This document shows positions 32,350 to 41,025 of a stretch of 42,225 nt of DNA, piece after piece (the first letter of the stretch is position 1; every line of letters begins with the position of its first letter). The stretch covers positions 1 through 42,225 of the forward strand of contig CAYLWN010000004.1 of the NCBI GenBank assembly GCA_964387625.1. The letters are read 5' to 3'. The position numbers were made by a program, and so were the translations under genes. Below the pieces are notes generated by a model, which was not told the origin of the DNA, did no database searches, and saw only the letters and a program-made list of their open reading frames with translations. Origin of the DNA: an uncultured Gammaproteobacteria bacterium (lineage in GTDB: Bacteria > Patescibacteriota > Microgenomatia > UBA10105).

Positions 32350-32574
32350 TTATCCTGGAAAAGATATAGTAAAAATATTACTAGCTAAATATATTAGCAA
32401 AACCATTAAAATTATAAACGAAAAAATAGTAAAAATTTTTCTTGATTTACTAGTTTTAAAAATAAATTTAAATAAAATACCCCAAAAAGCTATTCCTATA
32501 AATATTGGAAATATTTGTATAAGAATGTATAAAATAACCTGACCAGTTGAAAAATTTAAATTAATATCAGACAT
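32350..32574 (-). CDS. Possible small two-TM membrane protein (weak call)
   Basis: 74-aa hydrophobic ORF in the murJ/glycosidase gap. An overlapping + strand ORF is equally long. Confidence 0.3.
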   Translation of the reverse strand: MSDINLNFSTGQVILYILIQIFPIFIGIAFWGILFKFIFKTSKSRKIFTIFSFIILMVLLIYLASNIFTISFPG

Positions 32575-32609
32575 AAATTTATAATATCACATAAAAATGT
32601 TAGCAGTAT

Positions 32610-34010
32610 TTATTTCTGTAAAGTGAGTTCCAGAAACACCAAAGAATTTGGGGGCATGACTATATTAGTTGTAAATTTGTGATCACTAACTGTAATTGTT
32701 TTTGAAACAAGTGATTTATCCAATCTATCAATTTTAAATAAATATTGGCCGTTTTCTAAATTAGTTAAAGAAATTGGCACATCTTCGGTATTAGATTTAG
32801 CAGGGTCATAATTGGTCAACAATAATCTAGTTATATTTTCCTTTTGACATGCCAGAGCTTGAACATATGTACCTTCTCCGATAACTCTTAACCAATTACC
32901 CTGAATTTGATTCAACCATAAAAAAGCTTGAAATCTAGGTTTTTGTGATATGCCAAATTTAGGATGGGTTAAAAGTCCCCATCTGCCCCAAAATTTTTTA
33001 TCATGAGGAGAGGGTCCGTCAACCAGTTCAAAAGCAAATAATTTATTGATACCATAAAAAGCATTTCTGACAACTGCCACAGAGTGTGCAGCAGATATTG
33101 ATTCATCATATGAGGCATCAGTTTCAGAATTGATACCCCATTCAGTAATAATTTTAGGAATAAATGCCAGGCGTGGATAACTTTTTAACCAATTATTTAA
33201 ATCAGACACCATTTGAGGAATATCATTGGTTTTCTGTGAGTAAAAATGCCAGGAGAAAAAATCTATCCGTAAATTATTATCAGTCACATATTTAGAAAGA
33301 TCCAAAATCCAATTTTTATAAAGATTGGTGGTTGCCGGCCCGCCAATTTTAAAAGGTAAAGTATTGGTAGCAGTTTGAGCTCCTTTGACAGCATAATCAT
33401 ACAGAGTTAAATAATTTTTATCGCCGTATGTTTTCCAATTTCCGAATAAATCCGGTTCATTCCATACTTCATAATATATATCCTTGATATTTAAATTATT
33501 TCTGCCACTGTAATGCTCAACAGTTGCCCGTACCACATAAGACCAATCATCCCAATTTTGCGGTTTTTCCGTAATGTCGCCATTTACCGCAATTGATGAT
33601 GGCATATAAGATAAAGACAAAAGTGGCGTAGCGCCGGTTTTTCTAATGCTACCCACAATTTTGTCCAAATCTGTAAAATTTAAAAGAATTTGACCCATTG
33701 AATTTTTACTCACCAGATTAAAATGATCGTAAATATGGTCAATTCTCACGTGTTGAGGTTGCAGTTTAGCAATTTCACCCACAACCGGGGCAATCATATC
33801 TCCTGATTCTTCTCCTCCTTGAGCAAAAGAATTCCAAAAGGGAGTAATTGGGCCAAGGCTGTTTGTAACATTAATTGAAATATTAGCTTTGGTGCCGGAG
33901 GCTTTGGATAACAATTGGCGGACTTTTTGATTGTTAATGATCAAAACCGGTAGGATTAACACCAGAAGCAATGGCACAATATAATAAAAGAATTTTCTAA
34001 TTTGATGCAT
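32610..34010 (-). CDS. Secreted clan GH-A glycoside hydrolase (GH39/GH5-like)
   Basis: Signal anchor. YYEVWNEPDLF (acid/base NEP) and KIITEWGINS (nucleophile Glu). C-terminal beta-sandwich-like region. Confidence 0.7.
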   Translation of the reverse strand: MHQIRKFFYYIVPLLLVLILPVLIINNQKVRQLLSKASGTKANISINVTNSLGPITPFWNSFAQGGEESGDMIAPVVGEIAKLQPQHVRIDHIYDHFNLVSKNSMGQILLNFTDLDKIVGSIRKTGATPLLSLSYMPSSIAVNGDITEKPQNWDDWSYVVRATVEHYSGRNNLNIKDIYYEVWNEPDLFGNWKTYGDKNYLTLYDYAVKGAQTATNTLPFKIGGPATTNLYKNWILDLSKYVTDNNLRIDFFSWHFYSQKTNDIPQMVSDLNNWLKSYPRLAFIPKIITEWGINSETDASYDESISAAHSVAVVRNAFYGINKLFAFELVDGPSPHDKKFWGRWGLLTHPKFGISQKPRFQAFLWLNQIQGNWLRVIGEGTYVQALACQKENITRLLLTNYDPAKSNTEDVPISLTNLENGQYLFKIDRLDKSLVSKTITVSDHKFTTNIVMPPNSLVFLELTLQK

Positions 34011-34053
34011 AAATTAAGTGTAGCATAACAAAATAATTTAACCATCTCTTTTT

Positions 34054-34140
34054 GTCATTCTGGAGCGAAACAAAGTGGAGCGATAGAATCTTTTTATAGA
34101 GCCTATCGTCTCCGCCTGATGGCGGATCCTCCAGGATGAC
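34054..34140. repeat. Family C MITE-like hairpin element (intergenic, upstream of the hrcA promoter)
   Basis: gtcattctggagcgaaacaaagtggagcgatagaatct ... agcctatcgtctccgcctgatggcggatcctccaggatgac. Confidence 0.8.
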
Positions 34141-34157
34141 AAATAAAGAAAAAGGGG

Positions 34158-34186
34158 TTGACAAATATTAGCAGTCGTGATTAAAT
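34158..34186 (+). promoter_or_regulatory. Putative sigma-70-type promoter of the hrcA-grpE-dnaK operon, overlapping CIRCE
   Basis: TTGACA (34158-34163), 17-nt spacer, TTAAAT (34181-34186). Confidence 0.55.
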
Positions 34187-34194
34187 AGTGCTAA
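34168..34194 (+). promoter_or_regulatory. CIRCE operator (HrcA binding site)
   Basis: ttagcagtc-N9-tagtgctaa against the consensus TTAGCACTC-N9-GAGTGCTAA. Sits 94 nt upstream of the hrcA ATG. Confidence 0.85.
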
Positions 34195-34287
34195 ATCCAA
34201 TCTTAAGATACTAATATACGAATATATACTAATAATACTAATTAATTTGTATAATTCGTAAGATTAGTATATTTGTATCATGTTATT

Positions 34288-35016
34288 ATGATTGAACTTT
34301 CAGACCGCCAGATCAAAATTTTAAAAGCCATTGTCGAGGATTACATTGAAACAGCAGAGGCTGTGGGAAGCGAAACTTTGGATAAAAAGTACAATTTAGG
34401 CGTTTCTCCGGCCACTATCAGAAATGAAATGGTAAAACTTACCAAAACCGGTTTTTTGCGTCAACCCCATACCAGCTCAGGCAGAGTGCCCTCATCTACA
34501 GGATTTAAATTTTATATCCAAAACCTGATGCAGCAAAAAGAAATGTCAGTAACTGACGAAGTACAGGTTAAAGAAAAAATCTGGGATTACCGGCAACATG
34601 CAGATAAATTACTGCGCGAAGCTACCAAAGCTTTAGCTGATAAAACTCACGCATTGGCAATTTCTACTACAAAAACCGGGGATATTTACTATTCAGGAAC
34701 CGCCAATCTTTTAGATATGTGGGAATTTTATGATATGTTAGTGACAAAAAATTTGCTTTTTGCCTTGGATCAGTATGATTTTTGGTGGGCCATCTTTGGT
34801 CGGGAAATTCAACCAGCGCCGTATCATGTTTTATTTGGAGAAGATTTTAAGGAAGAATTTTTACATTCCTGTGGAATGGTTTATACGACAGTTTCTACTC
34901 CAAAACTTGAATGCACTATTGGCATAGTCGGACCAAACAGATTAAATTATCCATTGGTAATTCCCATGGTAGCCTATTTTGGTAATTTAATTGGTGATAT
35001 TTCCAAAAATTGGTAA
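34288..35016 (+). CDS. hrcA: Heat-inducible transcription repressor HrcA (short form)
   Basis: N-terminal wHTH LSDRQIKILKAIVEDYIETAEAVGSETL...SPATIRNEM. Directly downstream of a CIRCE element and upstream of grpE-dnaK. Only about 242 aa. Confidence 0.85.
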   Translation: MIELSDRQIKILKAIVEDYIETAEAVGSETLDKKYNLGVSPATIRNEMVKLTKTGFLRQPHTSSGRVPSSTGFKFYIQNLMQQKEMSVTDEVQVKEKIWDYRQHADKLLREATKALADKTHALAISTTKTGDIYYSGTANLLDMWEFYDMLVTKNLLFALDQYDFWWAIFGREIQPAPYHVLFGEDFKEEFLHSCGMVYTTVSTPKLECTIGIVGPNRLNYPLVIPMVAYFGNLIGDISKNW

Positions 35017-35038
35017 AAAATAAGTTTGTAAAGAAATT

Positions 35039-35515
35039 ATGAAAAAAATTGATGAATCAGTTTTAAAAGAAAAAGATAAAGCAATAGAAGATTTAAAAAA
35101 ACAATTAAGTGAAGCTCAAGAAAATTGGAAAAGGGCTTTGGCTGATTATCAGAATTTAGAAAAAAGACACAGTGAAGACAGAGTTAATTTTATTAAATTT
35201 TCGATAAAAAATTTTGTCTTAGAATTACTTCCAGTTGTGGATGCTTTAGAAAAAACACATGAGTATCTTCAGGACAAAGGATTGGAATTGTCGTTGAAAC
35301 AATTACATAAAATATTAAAAGCCCAAAACGTAGAAAAAATAAATGTGTTGGGTAAAGATTTTGATATCCAGATGATGGAAGCGGTATCTGTAGCAGATGG
35401 AAAAGAAGATAACAAGGTTATTACTGAATTAAGTCCGGGATATACGCTGCACGGTAGCATTTTAAGACCGGCGAAAGTGATAGTGAGTAAAAACGTACAA
35501 AACTCTAAATCCTAA
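35039..35515 (+). CDS. grpE: Nucleotide exchange factor GrpE
   Basis: Coiled-coil N-terminus. RALADYQNLEKR, LLPVVDALE, GYTLHGSILRPAKV. The last codons and the stop lie in repeat E2. Confidence 0.9.
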   Translation: MKKIDESVLKEKDKAIEDLKKQLSEAQENWKRALADYQNLEKRHSEDRVNFIKFSIKNFVLELLPVVDALEKTHEYLQDKGLELSLKQLHKILKAQNVEKINVLGKDFDIQMMEAVSVADGKEDNKVITELSPGYTLHGSILRPAKVIVSKNVQNSKS

Positions 35516-35604
35516 ACCCTAAATTCTAAAAAAATATTTTAAAAAATATTTGAATTTGAGATTTTGAATTTATTTAGAGTTTAGAATTTAGAAATTAGAA
35601 TTTA
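35499..35604. repeat. Family E AT-rich inverted-repeat element (E2), between grpE and dnaK
   Basis: aaactctaaatcctaaaccctaaattctaaa ... tttagagtttagaatttagaaattagaattt. The first 25 nt are nearly identical to the E1 left arm. It supplies the grpE stop codon. Confidence 0.75.
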
Positions 35605-35632
35605 TATAAAATTTAATTAAGGAGATAAAACT

Positions 35633-37537
35633 ATGTCAAAAATTATCGGTATAGATTTAGGTACAACTAATTCATGTGTAGCTGTTATGGAAGGTGGTTC
35701 ACCAAAAGTGATTCATTCTGCTGAAGGCAGAAATGTCATTCCTTCTGTGGTGGATCCAATAAAACGAATTGTGGGAGATGTAGCTAAACGGCAAATTGTA
35801 ATTCATCCCCAAGATACAGTTTTTTCTATTAAACGCTTAATGGGAAGAAAATTTGCGGATGAAAGCGTGCAAAGAGATATCAAATGGTTGCCATATACTA
35901 TCAAATCAGGACAAAACGGTATGGCGGTTGTAGAAGTACAGGGAAAACAATATACGCCTCAAGAAATTTCCGCCATGATTTTGACCAAAATCAAAGAAGA
36001 CGCGCAAAAATATTTAGGTACCACTATTACCCAAGCAGTGATTACAGTACCGGCATATTTTGATGATGCCCAACGTCAAGCCACTAAACAAGCAGGAGAA
36101 ATTGCCGGTTTGGAGGTAATGAGAATTATCAACGAACCAACTGCTGCGGCTTTGGCTTATGGATTGGACAAGAAAAATGCCCATACTGTGGCTGTGTATG
36201 ATTTAGGTGGAGGAACATTTGATATCACAGTTTTGGAACTTGGTGAAGGAGTTTTTGAAGTCAAAGCCACTAACGGTGACACACATTTGGGTGGAGATGA
36301 TTTTGATAAATTGATTTTGGACTATTTAGCAACTGAATTTAAAAAAGAACACGGTGTGGATTTAAGAAATGATCTGCAAGCATTGCAAAGACTGCGGGAT
36401 GCTGCTGAAAAAGCCAAAATAGAACTTTCCACATCTTTGGAATCGGAAATAAATTTGCCGTTTATTACTCAAGGCAAAGAAGGTCCGTTACATTTGGTGA
36501 TGAAATTATCACGCGCAAAAATGGAATCAATTGTTTTGGAACTGATTCAAAAAACCATTGATCCTGTCAAAGCATGCATCAAAGACGCAGGCGTGACGCT
36601 CAAAGATATAAATGAAGTTGTATTGGTTGGTGGAATGACCAGAATGCCAAAAGTAGTTGAAGTGGTCAAAGAATACTTTGGTAAAACTCCCAATCAGTCA
36701 GTTAATCCTGATGAAGTAGTAGCAGTGGGTGCCGCAGTTCAGGCAGGAGTATTGACCGGAGAAGTCAAAGACATCTTATTGCTTGACGTGACACCTTTGA
36801 CTTTGGGGTTGGAAACTTTGGGAAGCGTGGCAACGCCATTGATTAACCGCAATACCACTATTCCTACTAGTAAATCCCAGGTTTTCTCCACAGCTGCAGA
36901 TAATCAAACATCTGTAGAAATTAATGTTTTACAGGGTGAGCGTCCGATGGCTAATGATAATAAATCATTGGGTAAATTTCATTTGGACGGCATTCCGCCT
37001 GCACCACGAGGCGTGCCGCAAATTGAAGTGTCTTTTGATATAGATGCTTCAGGTATTTTGAGTGTGTCAGCCAAAGATAAAGCCACCGGAAAATCTCAAT
37101 CAATCAGGATTACCGGTTCAACAGGATTATCCAAAGATGAGATTGCCAAAATGCAAAAAGAAGCTGAAGCTCATGCTGATGAAGACAGTAAAGTCAAAGA
37201 AAAAATTGAAGTGAAAAATCAAGCTGACTCTTTGATTTATACGTCTGAAAAAGCTTTGCGTGATGCAGGAGATAAAGTCAAACCGGAAATAAAAACATCT
37301 GTTGAGGAAAAAATAAAAGCTTTGAAAGATGTTTTAGAAAAAGGTACTAAGGAAGAAATTGCCACCAAAACCAAAGAATTATCTGATGCTTTGTCAAAAG
37401 TGGGTGAAGCAATGTATGCGGATAAAGACGAGAAGACGGGCGGACAACCAGACGGGAAGACAGAAAATACACAAGCAAATGGTGAAAAGAAAACCAACGG
37501 CAAAGCAAAAGTAGAAGAAGGAAAGGTAGTAGAATAA
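35633..37537 (+). CDS. dnaK: Molecular chaperone DnaK (Hsp70)
   Basis: [31 protein letters not shown]. Strong SD (aaggag) 8 nt upstream. Confidence 0.97.
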   Translation: MSKIIGIDLGTTNSCVAVMEGGSPKVIHSAEGRNVIPSVVDPIKRIVGDVAKRQIVIHPQDTVFSIKRLMGRKFADESVQRDIKWLPYTIKSGQNGMAVVEVQGKQYTPQEISAMILTKIKEDAQKYLGTTITQAVITVPAYFDDAQRQATKQAGEIAGLEVMRIINEPTAAALAYGLDKKNAHTVAVYDLGGGTFDITVLELGEGVFEVKATNGDTHLGGDDFDKLILDYLATEFKKEHGVDLRNDLQALQRLRDAAEKAKIELSTSLESEINLPFITQGKEGPLHLVMKLSRAKMESIVLELIQKTIDPVKACIKDAGVTLKDINEVVLVGGMTRMPKVVEVVKEYFGKTPNQSVNPDEVVAVGAAVQAGVLTGEVKDILLLDVTPLTLGLETLGSVATPLINRNTTIPTSKSQVFSTAADNQTSVEINVLQGERPMANDNKSLGKFHLDGIPPAPRGVPQIEVSFDIDASGILSVSAKDKATGKSQSIRITGSTGLSKDEIAKMQKEAEAHADEDSKVKEKIEVKNQADSLIYTSEKALRDAGDKVKPEIKTSVEEKIKALKDVLEKGTKEEIATKTKELSDALSKVGEAMYADKDEKTGGQPDGKTENTQANGEKKTNGKAKVEEGKVVE

Positions 37538-37542
37538 AACGC

Positions 37543-38003
37543 CGAATGCTAAATGACCAATGATAAATGGCCAATGACAAATAATTAATGGTAAAGTGGA
37601 AATGTGGAGAAAAATGAGCAGGACATACACGATAGAATTTATAAATTTGTATTAACAGTTCTAAACGAAGTAAAAAAAGTTCCTAGAACAACGGAAAACA
37701 TTGTTTTAATTAAACAAGTGATTAGGTCTGCGGGTTCTATTGGTGCAAACGCAGCAGAAGCTGATGGTGCAGAATCAAAGAAAGAATTTATCCACAAATT
37801 TACAATTGCCAAAAAAGAAGCCAAAGAAACTTGGTATTGGTTGTCTATAATTAAAGACTATAATCAACAAATTAAAGATAAATTTATGAATTTGCTTGAT
37901 GAAAATCAACAAATCATTGCTATAATAAGCAAAATCATCATAAATTCAAAAAATAGTTTTCTATTTTATTTAGCATTTAGCATTTATAATTTAGCATTGA
38001 ATA
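37543..38003 (+). mobile_element. Roughly 460-bp cassette in which inverted aatgctaaat-type repeats enclose the four-helix-bundle (IVS-type) ORF, inserted between dnaK and dnaJ
   Basis: The left flank is cgaatgctaaatgaccaatgataaatggccaatgacaaataa. The right flank is ttatttagcatttagcatttataatttagcattgaat, whose reverse complement contains aatgctaaat three times. Confidence 0.65.
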
Positions 38004-38017
38004 TATATGGCAACTGA
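37604..38017 (+). CDS. Four-helix-bundle protein of the 23S rRNA intervening-sequence (S23p/PF05635-type) family
   Basis: [56 protein letters not shown]. Apparent GTG start. The C-terminal ~25 aa are read-through of the flanking repeat and overlap the dnaJ start. Confidence 0.8.
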   Translation: MEKNEQDIHDRIYKFVLTVLNEVKKVPRTTENIVLIKQVIRSAGSIGANAAEADGAESKKEFIHKFTIAKKEAKETWYWLSIIKDYNQQIKDKFMNLLDENQQIIAIISKIIINSKNSFLFYLAFSIYNLALNIYGN

Positions 38018-38873
38018 CCGTGATTACTATGAAATTTTAGGTGTGTCAAAAACTGCGACAGATGCAGAACTTAAACGTGCTTACAGAAAACAGGCGTTAG
38101 AGTGGCATCCGGACCGTAATAAATCCAAAGAAGCTGAAAGCAAATTTAAAGAAGTAAACGAAGCTTACGAAGTTTTGTCAACTGCAGAAAAAAGACAAGC
38201 ATATGATCAATATGGACATCAAGCTTTTGCCCAAGGTGGTATGGGAAACGCAGCAGGTGGTCAAAATCCGTTTAGTGGAGGTTTTAACCAAGGTCCATTT
38301 TCATACAGTTATACAACCTCGGGTAACATGGGTGATATGGGTTTCGACTTCGGCGGATTTTCCGATCCATTTGAAATTTTTGAACAATTCTTTGGTGGAC
38401 GGGTAAGACGTGCTCCCCGTAAACCTGTTTATCAATTACAAGTTGATTTTATGGATGCGGTAAATGGGGGAATGAAAGAAGTAGAAATTGACGGAAAAAG
38501 AAAAACCATCAAAATTCCTGCCGGAGTGGATGAAGGCAACAGAATCCGTTTTGACGATTTTGATATTTTGATATCAGTTAGACTTGATAAAAAATTCCGC
38601 CGCGAAGGTGATGATATTTTTATAGATGTGCCCATTACTTTTGCTGATGCAGCATTGGGTACGATTATTGATGTACCAACTATAAGCGGTGAGTTAAAAC
38701 TAAATATTAGGTCCGGCGTCCAACCTAATACTTTGATGAGATTGCGCGGAAAGGGTGTACCTCATGTGCGTGGGTCGGGCCGGGGTGATCAATATGTCAG
38801 ACTCATTGTCCAAGTTCCTACACGACTTAACCACAAGCAAAAAGAATTATTGGAACAACTTCGGGAAGAATAA
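38007..38873 (+). CDS. dnaJ: J-domain co-chaperone DnaJ, class B-like (no zinc-finger domain)
   Basis: J domain DYYEILGV...HPDRN, G/F-rich region, CTD. The protein contains no cysteine at all, so the CxxCxGxG repeats are absent. 288 aa. Confidence 0.9.
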   Translation: MATDRDYYEILGVSKTATDAELKRAYRKQALEWHPDRNKSKEAESKFKEVNEAYEVLSTAEKRQAYDQYGHQAFAQGGMGNAAGGQNPFSGGFNQGPFSYSYTTSGNMGDMGFDFGGFSDPFEIFEQFFGGRVRRAPRKPVYQLQVDFMDAVNGGMKEVEIDGKRKTIKIPAGVDEGNRIRFDDFDILISVRLDKKFRREGDDIFIDVPITFADAALGTIIDVPTISGELKLNIRSGVQPNTLMRLRGKGVPHVRGSGRGDQYVRLIVQVPTRLNHKQKELLEQLREE

Positions 38874-38877
38874 AATA

Positions 38878-39747
38878 TTAAATATTTTTTAATCCGGTGC
38901 ATCGCCAATTAATTTCCACAGATCTATCATTGACATTTACTACACAAGCCGGGGTGCATTTTGCTTGAATTGGTTCCATTTCAATCCACCAGGTGCCGGT
39001 TGATTCATTGCAGGAATATGTATCTTTAAGTTGTCCCTCATTTGTACATTCACTTTTTTGAGCTAATTGCCGGGCCTCAGAAATGATCATGCTCCGTTTT
39101 GTTTTTATATCAATGCAGACAGTGGGCATAGGCATGGGTGTTGGTAAAATTTTATTTATTGGACTTGGAGTTGGTGATGCACGCAAGTCTAATTTCACAT
39201 CCTGGTACATTTGTAAAAAAACATTTTGATTAACTTTTATTTGCAAGACAAGATTTGATAGTAAATATAAATTTAACAGCAAGAATATAAAAGCAAATAA
39301 AATTCCCCGTATTGTTGCAGTTTTGCTTTTTATTCTTACAAAAGTATTGGTCATCATGTCATGCCAGCCTTGACGATTTTTATCAATCAAAATCCAGATA
39401 AATCCTAAATTTAAAAATAATCCAGATACCCAGTAGCCTAAAATATTTCTTACAAAAGCTCCTTTAAGCGTGAGATAAACTCCTTTACTATTTTCAATAG
39501 TAATACCTGTCAAAATTTTTCCGATTGTGCCCCCAAATGCAGAAATCAAGCATAAATTTATTAAAACCACAATGATAGGAATATAAAGCAGCAGGAAAAT
39601 AAATGCAGCCACAGTCTGATTGATAAGTCCCATAGGTTCGGTATTTTTTAAAGCCATTAAAAACAAGCTTTGATATAAAACTGTCATCAATAAAAAGTCA
39701 ATTAACCAAGCCAAAAATCTTAAAGCAGGTGAAGCGATTTTTTTCAT
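38878..39747 (-). CDS. RDD-family membrane protein with an extracytoplasmic 6-Cys C-terminal domain
   Basis: ASPALRFLAWLIDFLL ... RQGWHDMMTNTFV (RDD-type). The C-terminus after a P-rich linker reads CIDIK...SECTNEGQL...CNESTGTWWIEM...CTPACVVNV...INWRCTGL. Confidence 0.7.
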   Translation of the reverse strand: MKKIASPALRFLAWLIDFLLMTVLYQSLFLMALKNTEPMGLINQTVAAFIFLLLYIPIIVVLINLCLISAFGGTIGKILTGITIENSKGVYLTLKGAFVRNILGYWVSGLFLNLGFIWILIDKNRQGWHDMMTNTFVRIKSKTATIRGILFAFIFLLLNLYLLSNLVLQIKVNQNVFLQMYQDVKLDLRASPTPSPINKILPTPMPMPTVCIDIKTKRSMIISEARQLAQKSECTNEGQLKDTYSCNESTGTWWIEMEPIQAKCTPACVVNVNDRSVEINWRCTGLKNI

Positions 39748-40769
39748 TTACTAAGCTCCTCAGATATAATTTGTGTAAAAAATAAATTCCAGTTACTGGT
39801 TTTAAAAACCGTAAATATAGCATTGACTAAAGAAAAAATATAAATAATTACCATCATAAATAATAAAATTACCAATACAACCGGTATTACCAGTGGCGAA
39901 AATCCTTTACCAATGATTAGAGATACGATACCAATGCCGATGGGAATTCCTAGTAGAGCAAGTATGACAATAGTTGATAAACACGAAACTACACAACCTA
40001 AAGTGCTATTAATCAGACCCATAATTGCTGAAGGAAAAAAATGTTTTCTAGCCATTTGCCAGCCTGTTTTAAACGCTTTTTCAGGTGAAAAATTTTGCAG
40101 GATGATCAGTCTTTGGGCAAAAATGCTACTTATTCCCAATAATATAAACCCACCTATCCAGGTTACTAAACAAGCTAAACCACCTATAAATAACCAGATG
40201 AAATTTACAACAGGAATAAAACTTAAAACCGCAAAAATAATTCCTACAATTAAAGCTGGTAATAATAGCAATCCTAGTGAAATTAACATGTATATAAGTG
40301 TTAGTAATATCAAAGGTTTGATTTTAGAAAGTGCCGGAGGTGATGTGGATTTTAGAGTTGCCGGTTTATTATTTTGGGCTAAATTAATTCCTGTAATTAG
40401 TCCAGCAGTAGCCCAAGATTGCAAAATCCAATTTATCAATGAATATACAATTATAATAGACAAAAAACTCAAGCCTAAAATCAGCCAAATAAAACCCGGT
40501 ATTTGGGATAACCATTGGGTGAATATTGTGGTTTGTGTACCCAATACCGCTTGAGCTTTTTCGGGAATTTCCTGAAGATTTTTATCCTGAAAGTTTTTAA
40601 AAAATTTACTAAAATCCGAGCTGTAACGAAAACCTGCGCTTCCAGCGCTACTGCCTACAATCAATCCATATAGCCATAACCACTTATTTTTCCAAGTAAT
40701 GGTCCAGGATTTTTTGAGAATTTCACCATAATTAATATTTGCCATAAACAATATTATTAAGTGTAACAT
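39744..40769 (-). CDS. Polytopic membrane protein, unknown function
   Basis: 341 aa with about 7 TM. 4-nt overlap with the downstream RDD gene suggests translational coupling. Confidence 0.6.
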   Translation of the reverse strand: MLHLIILFMANINYGEILKKSWTITWKNKWLWLYGLIVGSSAGSAGFRYSSDFSKFFKNFQDKNLQEIPEKAQAVLGTQTTIFTQWLSQIPGFIWLILGLSFLSIIIVYSLINWILQSWATAGLITGINLAQNNKPATLKSTSPPALSKIKPLILLTLIYMLISLGLLLLPALIVGIIFAVLSFIPVVNFIWLFIGGLACLVTWIGGFILLGISSIFAQRLIILQNFSPEKAFKTGWQMARKHFFPSAIMGLINSTLGCVVSCLSTIVILALLGIPIGIGIVSLIIGKGFSPLVIPVVLVILLFMMVIIYIFSLVNAIFTVFKTSNWNLFFTQIISEELSK

Positions 40770-40809
40770 TTTTTCAAAATTTATTAAATTGGAAACAGGT
40801 TACCTAAGA

Positions 40810-40837
40810 TTGACGAAAGACGATTAAGTGCTATAAT
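40810..40837 (+). promoter_or_regulatory. Putative promoter upstream of nusA
   Basis: TTGACG (40810-40815), 16-nt spacer, extended -10 tgcTATAAT (TATAAT at 40832-40837). Confidence 0.6.
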
Positions 40838-40854
40838 AGAAGACAGTAATTTTT

Positions 40855-40882
40855 GAGGTGGGATGTTCCCGCCTTTTTTATT
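40855..40882 (+). terminator. Intrinsic-terminator-like hairpin in the nusA leader (possible attenuator)
   Basis: ggtggga-tgt-tcccgcc (7-bp stem with one G-U) followed by ttttttatt. It starts about 20 nt downstream of the putative -10. Confidence 0.55.
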
Positions 40883-40899
40883 AAAAAGAGTAATAAGAA

Positions 40900-40968
40900 C
40901 CCGCCATAGTTTACTTTGAGCCTTTTCACTACTATTCGTAGACGGCTCAAAGAGCACTTATAGGCGGG
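40900..40968 (+). promoter_or_regulatory. Structured nusA leader segment (nested stems)
   Basis: The outer stem pairs cccgcc (40900-40905) with ggcggg (40963-40968). The inner perfect 9-bp stem pairs ctttgagcc (40914-40922) with ggctcaaag (40944-40952). Confidence 0.45.
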
Positions 40969-41025
40969 GGGAGAAAAATTAATGTAATCCTTCATTATTT
41001 TCAGGATTACAAAATTTTTACTATC

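Noticed and set aside
39913-40554. Long antisense ORFs: 39913-40554 (+), 24791-25099 (+), 25021-25230 (+), 31357-31710 (-) and 37237-37630 (- set).
   Set aside because: Each lies fully inside a well-supported gene on the other strand (membrane protein, Cys-rich protein, murJ, dnaK). Each has low-complexity or mirror-image composition typical of shadow ORFs.
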